A stretch of DNA of 64,000 nucleotides from Monocercomonoides exilis PA203 (taxonomy: Eukaryota > Protista > Preaxostyla), in the NCBI GenBank assembly GCA_001643675.2, contig LSRY02000035.1:868001-932000 (forward strand). Reading direction: 5' to 3'. Positions 1 through 9,400 of the stretch are shown here, one piece after another (position 1 is the first letter of the stretch; every line of letters starts with the position of its first letter). The notes beneath the pieces were generated by a model. It saw only the letters and a list, made by a program, of their open reading frames with translations, ran no database searches and was not told where the DNA came from. Position numbers and translations under genes: made by a program.

Positions 1-446
1 TCCATTTCATTTTTTTCATTAATTTTTCTTCAATCTCAAAACGATAAACAATCCAAGTTTAATCGTAGATATTTTCTTTCAAATAATGTTGTTTCAATAT
101 TCACGACTCATTTTGAAGTTTGAAAGAATTAGAGTAAAATTCAGGATGTTATTAAATTTTCAATATTAAAAATAATAAATTAAACTTCCTAAAAACATAG
201 TCATAACGTTGAACAACATAATGAATAAAAACAAAGATATTGCTCTTTTTGTGATTCTTTCACGACAAATTCATAAATAATAAATTATTATTATTAAATA
301 AAAAATCTGATATTTCTCTTCATTCCGAAGCAATTTTGTTGTGTCCATATTTTTCATTTATAAATGTGTTTATAATTCACTGTCCTTTGTGAAAAAATAC
401 GAAAAAGATCAGTTAATGGGCAGTAGTGTCGATAATAATATAAATT

Positions 447-3400
447 ATGGCTTGTTTTTGGAACATGTCTTCCGACGAATTGCTTGGTCCACAGGACCCT
501 GTCGCAGTTGTAGGGCTTGGAGCTCGTTTGCCCGGAGGTGCTAATTCACCTGAACAGTTTTGGAAATTACTTCTTGAAGGATATGATGGAATTTCTGACA
601 TACCTAAAGAACGTTGGGACGGAGCGTATTTTCATGACCCAGAAAATCTTGGACTCGTTGGTAAATCTATTCAAAATAAAGGTGGTTTTTTGAAAGGATA
701 TAACATTGATGAAATTGACTTGAAATTCTTTTATCTTTCACCAAGAGAAGCAAAGACTCTTGATCCCAATCAGAGACTTTTGTTGGAGGTTACATATGAA
801 ACATTTGAAAATGCTGGTGTTCCCTTGGAGCATATCAGCGGTAGCAGGACTGGAGTTTTTGTGGGTATCTCTGCAACAGATTATTCACATTTACAATTTC
901 CAGACATCAACACAATCGATGTGCACACACAAACAGGCGTTTCCACTTCAATCAACGCAAATAGATTGTCATATTTTTACAATTTAATCGGTCCTTCATT
1001 CATTGTTGATACAGCTTGCTCATCAACACTTGTTGCATTAAACTGTGCTTGTCAATCAATGAGAACCAGAGAATGCGACTCAGCTTTGTGCGGAGCCGTT
1101 AACCTTATGATGTATCCAGAAATCTCAATTGGATTTTCAAAACTTGGAGTTCTCTCGCCTGACGGTCATTGCAAAGCATTTGATGCAAAAGCAAATGGAT
1201 ACGTGAGATCTGAAGGTTGCGGAATGGTTCTTTTGAAACGTCTTTCCGATGCAGAAAGGGATGGTAATCGTATCTATGCAGTTATCAGAGGAACTCATGT
1301 TGGCTCTGATGGGCATTATCAACAACAAATGACTTCTCCATCAGAACAACAACAAGCCGTTGTTTTGAGAGAAATTTTGAAGAAGTCATCAATTCAATCG
1401 GCAGATGTTGGATATGTTGAGTCACATGGAACAGGTACATTCGTTGGAGATCCTATTGAATGCCGTTCTGTAAGCTCAGTGTTGAATATCGGACGAAAGG
1501 ATGATGAACATATTTTAATTGGCTCCGTGAAATCAAATGTGGGCCATTTAGAGCCTGCAGCTGGTATTGTATCAATTATTAAAGTTTCAATGTGCCTTAA
1601 GGAGAAGATGATTCCAGCAACAATCAGCGTAAAAAAACCAAATCCAAATATCGACATGCAGAAACTGAACTTGAAGATCGTAACATCACATATGAAATAT
1701 CCAGAAGGCAGAAACGGAATGCCAAGAACTGCAGTTATTTCCGCTTTTGGCTTTGGAGGAACAAACGGAGGATGCGTGATGCAGGAATACACCGGAAATA
1801 AAGGCTTGAAGGATGTTCCAAGCGGACTTAAGGAAATTGAAAGAGAAGAACTGTTTATTCTTTCAGCCCGATCTGTCGATGCTTTGAAAGGATACGCCAA
1901 AAAATTGGCAGAATTCATGTCTTCACATTCTTGCCCACCCATCCAGCACATCGCATACACACTTGGCTGCCACAGAACACAACACAAGCAATGCAGACTC
2001 GCATTCATTGCCAGATCGAAAGAAGAAGCTGTTAAGGAGCTGAATGCATTTGTGAATGATGAGAAAGACACAGGAGCGGTCCAAACACGCTTCACAAGCA
2101 TGATGCCATCAGAGAAGAAGAGAAAGTTATGCCTTGTTTACTGCGGACAAGGATCACAATGGTTTGGAATGGGACGCGCTTTATACAGAGAAAACGTTGT
2201 ATTCAGAGAATGGATGGACAGAATCGATAACTGCCTGAAGGAAGCAGGAGCAGATTATTCAATTGTCGAGGAGATCATTACAGGAACAGAGGAGACATCT
2301 CATGTCGATCAAGTGGAATATCTCCAGCCAATCTTCTTTGCCATCCAGGTTTGCGTTTACAAGGTGATGGAAGCAGCAGGCTTGAAGCCTGACGCAGTTG
2401 TTGGCCATTCACTTGGAGAGATTGCAGCTGCTCATGTTTCTGGAGCCTTGTCAATTGAAGATGCCACCAAGGTTGCATGGGAAAGAGCAAAAGGACAGAA
2501 GTTCTGCAACGGTATGGGACACATGGCTGCTGTGACTGGTGAATATGCCGATCTGAAGAGACTTATTGAAGGCAGAGGAGTTGACATTGCAGGACACAAC
2601 GCTCCAACTCGATGGAACATTTCTGGTGAAACAGCTGGAATGGACGAAGTTGAGCGAATTGCAACTGAAGGAGAAGAAACACCAGTGCGCGTTAGAAGAC
2701 TTCTTGTCGACGAGCCAATGCATTCGCAGTTTGTCGATCTCATTCACGACCAGCTTGTTGGAGGATTGAAGAACATTGTTCCACAGCGCCCAACAATTCC
2801 ATTGATCTCAACATATACTCCACAACAGAAGGACTTCAAAATGGACGGAAAATACTGGTGGGCCTCTCTGCGTAGCCCTGTGCAATTTATGGATGCTATT
2901 CTGGAGATGGTTAGAAGGACATCTGCTGAGTCAGACGCTGAAGAAGAAGAAGCTGAGAAAGAAGGCGAAGAGGAAGGAGAGGACAATTCACATCACGATC
3001 ACAGAGAAACCGAATGGGTGTTCTTGGAATGCGGACCTCACAACGTTCTCAGAACATTCCTCGGAGAAATTATGGGTTCGGAAGGAAAGCCGTTTATTTA
3101 CGTGCCAACTTTGTTGAGAAAAGCAGAAAACGAACGTTTGCTGATGTTGCGAACATTGGCCAACATGTTCTCATTGGGATACAATTTGGATCTTAAGAAT
3201 TCTGTCTTCATTCCATACAACACATACTACGAAACTAAAGCCCGCGTTTTGTTCGAAGAGTCCTCGTTGTCCACAAAAGAAGACGTTCCTCAATATTACT
3301 ATGTACCAAATCTTCCTCTTTATGCTTGGGCTCGCACAAAATGCTGGAACGAGTCACCTGTTCAGCACGAGCACAGATTGGGATCAAGCGACAACCATCC

Positions 3401-6400
3401 AATCGCTCGTATCAGACAAGACACACTCAATCCTTGCTGGCAGAGCGATATCTCCACATCACACATTCCATGGGTCGTTGACCATTGCCTGCAAGGAAAC
3501 ATTGTTGTGCCAGGTGTCACATTCGTGGAATGCATCCTGACATGCGGACGTCGTGTCTTTGGTGACAGGCCGTTTTGGCTGAGGAATGTGCATTTCAAGA
3601 ACGCATTCTATATGAACAAAGGAGATGTGATGCGTGTGAACATCTCTCTTGATCCAATCTACAAAGAAGGCTCTCGCTCATCAACAGTCGATGCTTACAA
3701 TGTCACTTTATCTTCACGTGTCCTTCCAAAAGGAGAATATCAAGTGAATTGCGCTGTTGTGATTGAAGCCGAAGATTCCATTGCAGAGAAAGAAAAAGCA
3801 GCAGTCAAGAAAGTTCCAGGCCTTCCACCGAACTTCCAAATTTCGCATCCATCTCAGGCTTTCGATGATATCGATCTTGATGCCTTCAGAAAGCTGTGCC
3901 CAATTGAAATTCCAACCGATCAATTCTTCTCTCAACTGTGGGAAGATGGTTTGGAGCTGAGACGTCAGCTGCGTTTGTGCAGAAAGATCTGGATCAATGA
4001 CAGAAACAATCCTCTGATGTCCATTGCATACATTGAAGTCAACCCTGAGACCACCGAAGAAGAATTAGGCAGATGGGGATTCATGTACCCACCTTTCCTC
4101 GATTCTTGCCTGCAATCTGGTCTGTCTGCAAGAGAGAAAAGAGGAGCATTCTTCCCTGTTGAAGCTTATCGTGCCCGTTTCGCTCGTTCTGTGCCAAAGA
4201 CCGCTCGCCACTGCTGGGCCTTGTCACGAAAGGACCCTGTTACAGGCAGATTGTCAATGACATGCTGCGATGACGAAGGTAAGGTCTATGGATCACTTCA
4301 AGATGTCCTTATAAGATATTTGGAGTCAGGAAAGAGAGGAACCAAGCTTGGAATGATTGGAGGAACTGAGACACCAGTCTTTGAACACAAATGGGAATAC
4401 CTCTCAACAATTCCAGCACACGGAATTGAAGAGGAAACAGGAGACTCTCCCTTGCCATCCCCTGAAGACCCAGCTTTTGTTGCATCATGCGACGATATGA
4501 TGAGGAAAATTGGAGCAGAATTCCACACGCAAGAAATGGCAGATGTGATTATTCCACTGAACAACATGCTGACAAATGCTATTGTTTTGGAAGTGTTCAG
4601 AACAAAATTGAATCTGTGGAAACAAGAAGCCGAACTGATTCGCTCAAAGAAGATTGACGTTTCTGCAATCAAAGCTGTCCCAGTGAAGCAACTTGCTGAA
4701 TCAGTTAACATTCTTCCATTCTATCACAGACTTTTCTTGCTGCTCTGTCGCTATCTTTCTGAAGCTGGATACCTCGCTTTGTCATTAATTCCAGAAGCTC
4801 AACAAAAAGCGAAGAGCGAACCAACATTCTTCATTGAGAACTATGTTGCTGCTCCACTTGCACCATTCTTCCACGATGAGACTCAACCATTGCCGCACAA
4901 TGAGGACTGCGAGGCATTAACTGCTGAAATTCTTTCACGCTTCCCACAGATGCGTCCATCAACCATGCTCATGATGGATGTTGGCAGAAAAATGAAGGAT
5001 GTGATTGTCGATGGAGAAAAAGCCGTCACTCTTATCTTCAAAGATAAAGGACTTGCTGATGCTGTCTATAGAGATGATGGTGAAGTTCGTACCTTCAACT
5101 ATGTGGCTCAAGGTGTTCTTGCGTGCCTTATAAAGACAATGAAAGAAAAAGAGAAGAAAGAAGGAGAAGCAACCAGCGATAAGCCATTGAAGATTCTTGA
5201 AGTCGGTGCAGGAACTGGAGGTACCACTGCTTATTTGATGGAATTGCTTGATCCACTGACAACAACATACACATACACAGATATTTCTGCATCCTTCTTT
5301 GGAACAGCCAAACAGAGATTTGCTCGCTATGCATCTTTCATGAACTTCAAAACACTTAACATTGAAGAGCAACCAATTGAACAAGGATTTGAACCACATT
5401 CACAGGATATTATCGTTGCAGCCAACGTCGTTCACGCTACAACCGATCTTTCAGTGACTCTTTCTCACATCCAGCAACTTCTTAAACCAGGAGGGCACCT
5501 GATTCTCTTGGAAGCCTTGAATGGATTGAGATGGTTGGATATTGTATTTGGTCTTACCGACGGATGGTGGGCATTGCAAGACAAACAGTTTAGGCAGCAT
5601 CCTCTTCTTACTCCTGCAATGTGGACAGACATTCTGAAGCGTTCAGGATTTGAGTCCAGCCACGTGTTCTCTGAATGGAAAGAGTTCGGAACAAATGGAG
5701 CTAGAATGGGACGTGTTGGTATTCCAGTTGCACAAACACCAAAGACATCACAAAAGCAGAAAGAGGAACTTCAAGCTTCGATGAATGCCAAACAAGAAGA
5801 AACTCTCAAAAAGATCCAAACAGAAGCACCCACAACTTCAGCCATTGTGTTTGCTGAAGAGAGAAATGTTGTATCTGGAGCAGTTATTTCTTCACTTTTG
5901 CGCGATGGACATTATGTCATTGCCGCCTTGAAACAAAAGACCCAATTGAGCTCTGCTGACTTCTTGAAGGAGATTTGCACCAAGCCAGTTGACCACTCAA
6001 AGAATCATCTTCTGCTCTCTCAAAATGAGATCAGCGTGTTAGCTGCCAATTTCCATGTGATGTTTGTCGAAGAAGCAGCAACATCACGTGCAGGATATGA
6101 TGCAATCTTCAAACACATCACAGAAGCCTCTAAGCCTCCGGTTGTCTCAATAGTTCACGGATGGTCACTTGATCTGCCAGCAATGGCTGATACTGAAAAG
6201 GAAATCATGCAAGGATTCGAGCTGAACGTATACTCACCATTGTACCTTGTCCATACACTTTCTGACGTCTCAAAAACTTCAGCTGTGTCGTCTCATATTA
6301 CAACATGGGGCGTTACACAGGGCGTGTGGACTGTGGACGGAGCATCAAGACCAGGAACAGTGGGAGTTGGGCAAGCAACTCTGTGGGGTCTGAACAGATG

Positions 6401-9400
6401 TATCTTGAATGAATTAGGCTCTGTACATCCACGTTCAATTGATCTGTCACTTCATCCAGATCAGACTGAATTGGATTCATTTATCTCTGTAATAGTCTCA
6501 ACGGCATTTGATGCTAAGACCAAATGCAACTCGGTTGTTTCATCTTCTTCCCAGACAGCTGAAACAAGCGCAGTTGTTCCACTTTATGAAACTGAAATTG
6601 CAATCAGAGGAAACAAATGCTTCGCTCAAAGATTGATTCAACATCAACATTCAGATGAATTGCACTTGATCAATCAAATTGCACCATCTTCTGAAGGCTG
6701 CTACGCACTTACAACTCCAACAAACAACAAGCTCATCCTTGAAGAAAGAAAGAGATTGGATGTTATTCCAGCCGGAGAAGTTGAAGTCCATGTTGCTGCA
6801 TCAGGTATCGTGTACCGTGATATTATGATGTGGAGCGGAAGACTTCCAGAGAATGCAAGACAAGGTTCCAACGTTGGTTTGGAATTTGCTGGTGTTGTCA
6901 GCCGTGTTGGTGAAGGAGTTACAAACGTTGCTGTTGGAGATCGCGTGTTTGGTGTCGGAAGAGAATGCGCTTCATCTTACACAGTTGTCCACTCAACAAA
7001 CATCGGAAAAGCTCCTTCGACATATTCATGGGATCAGCTTGGTGGTATTGGTTTGGAATTGATTACAGCATACTACTCTTTGGTGACTGTGGGAAGAATG
7101 AAGAAGGGAGATTACGTTTTGATCCATGCTGCGACTGGTGGTGTTGGAATGTGCGCTCTCTCTCTTTGCCGCTGCTTCGGTGCTATTCCCATCTGCACCA
7201 CACGTTCTGAAATGAAGAAGAGATTCTTGGAATACATGGGAGTGAAACACATCGTTTCATCGGAAGATACTTCCTTCTGCGAGAAAGCTCGTGCCCTGAC
7301 ACCAAACGGACGTGGTGTTGATATCGTTTTGAACTCTCTTCCAGGACAAGAGAACATCCACGCCGGTCTTGCTGCATTGGCAAAAGGCGGAAGATTCGTT
7401 GAAATCGGAAAAGTTGATCTTTACGGAGGAACTATGATCTCATTGCAACCATTTATCGGAAATGTTTCATACAATGTTGTTGCTATTGATCAGAAAATCC
7501 TTGACGATGATGATCAGCTTGGACCAATCTTCGAAGATTGCTCAAAACTTTTGTTTGAAGGAACGTTTATTCCTCCACCAATTACAAGCTATCCATTGTC
7601 ACAAGCTGAAGATGCATACAACTTCTTCAAAGAAGGAAAACACATTGGAAAAGTTGTTCTTTCACCAGTTTCACTTTCATTTGCACCAACTGCCATTCCA
7701 CCAGTTCGTAGCATTCTTCCTCTGTCTTCTCAGGGCTCATACATCCTATCAGACGGAACATATCTCGTAACAGCCGGAACAGCTGGATTCTCATTCGAGC
7801 TTGCTGTTGGACTTCTTGAAAGAGGCGCTAAGCATCTGGCTCTTTCATCTCGTTCTGGAGCAGGAGACATTAACCGTCAAAGACAATTTGAAGCACTGAG
7901 AAAGAAATATGGAGCAGAAGTCAGAGTGTTCAGCTGCGATTCATCATCTGCTGAACAAACAAGAGAAATGCTGGCTGAGATCAGAAGAAGCATGCCTCCA
8001 CTGAGAGGACTTATCCATGGTGCTATGCTTCTTCACGATGGCTACATGATCAATTTGGATCACAAAGCATTCTTTGAAGTGCTTGGCCCCAAATCTCTTG
8101 GTGCATGGCTTCTTCACGATGATACAGTGAAGCACAATGATCCAATCGAACAGTTCATCGTTCTTTCTTCCTTGAACGTTGTTGTCGGAACACACGGACA
8201 GGCAAACTATGCCTCTGCCAATATGTTCCTGGATGGTCTTGTTCAGCACAGACGTGCACAGGGCTTGCCAGCCATGTCAGTCCAGTGGGGTGTGCTGGGT
8301 GGAGTTGGCTATGTCCACAGAAACAGCTCCACTTTGGGAGCAAACATGTCTCAGTTTGGCTTCCGTGCCTTCTCTCCACAATGGGCAAACAGAATGCTCC
8401 ACACATGCCTCGAAGCTCAGGCTGATATCGAAGAAGAGCATGTTGGAAACCTTCCAGCTGAACGCGCTCTTTCAGCTGCATTGGCCCAACAACAGGCAGA
8501 TGCATTCAAATCAATTCCAGTTGGTCTTCTCCCCGCTTCTCTTCGCCCTGAAAACGAAGCAAGCCATCCATCACACTTCTTCGAAGGTGCACACAACAGA
8601 AACAACATTGTGGCTGCACGCAAAGTGTTCAGATTCCCATCATCAGTACCAACATCTGTTGGTGTGTTCAATGTGAGCTGGGAGCCTTTGTTCGAGTTCA
8701 TGTCTGCCCTTCCTGAGACCGGCAGATTCAAATATATTAAGCAAGAGCTCGAAAAGGATCTGCAAATGAGCGGAAAGAAGAAGAAGTCTGGCGGAAGCGA
8801 AGGTCTTTCTGTGACTGAGAAAGGATTGGCTGGTTTGATGGATGATGGAGCCGATTCAACAGGAGCTGGAGAGTCATCACTTGATGAATCTCTGACAGTT
8901 TCAGAAAAACTGAAGACCATCACATCAGAAGAAGAAGCAATTGCATTCCTTTCTCGTGCCATTGCTGCTCAATCCGCTCAAGTTCTTGGCATCAGCTCAT
9001 CTGAGACCATTTCATTGGATGTTCCTCTGTCTCAATATGGGTTGGATTCTTTGACTGCTGTTGAAATGAAGAACTGGACTGAAAAGCAAGTGAAAGTTGA
9101 TATTCCCGTCGTCGACTTTGTTAGAGGTCCATCATCAGATCAACTGGCACACAGCATGTTGACTAAGTTCTACGAAAGCTACGGAAGACCAAAGGCGTCA
9201 GCCGCTCAAGCTGAAGCATCTGATTCCTCAAAAGCCGCAACATCTAGTCATCCTTCAGCATCAGCCTCGTCTGCATCTGCTTCAGCTGCAAGCAGCGCAT
9301 CATCTTCAGCGTTTGACTCAGCAAGCGGTGGAGCAACAATATCAGTTGACAAAGACGCACCAGTTCTGGAAGAGAAAGAAGAAGAGAAGCCAAAGAGAAA

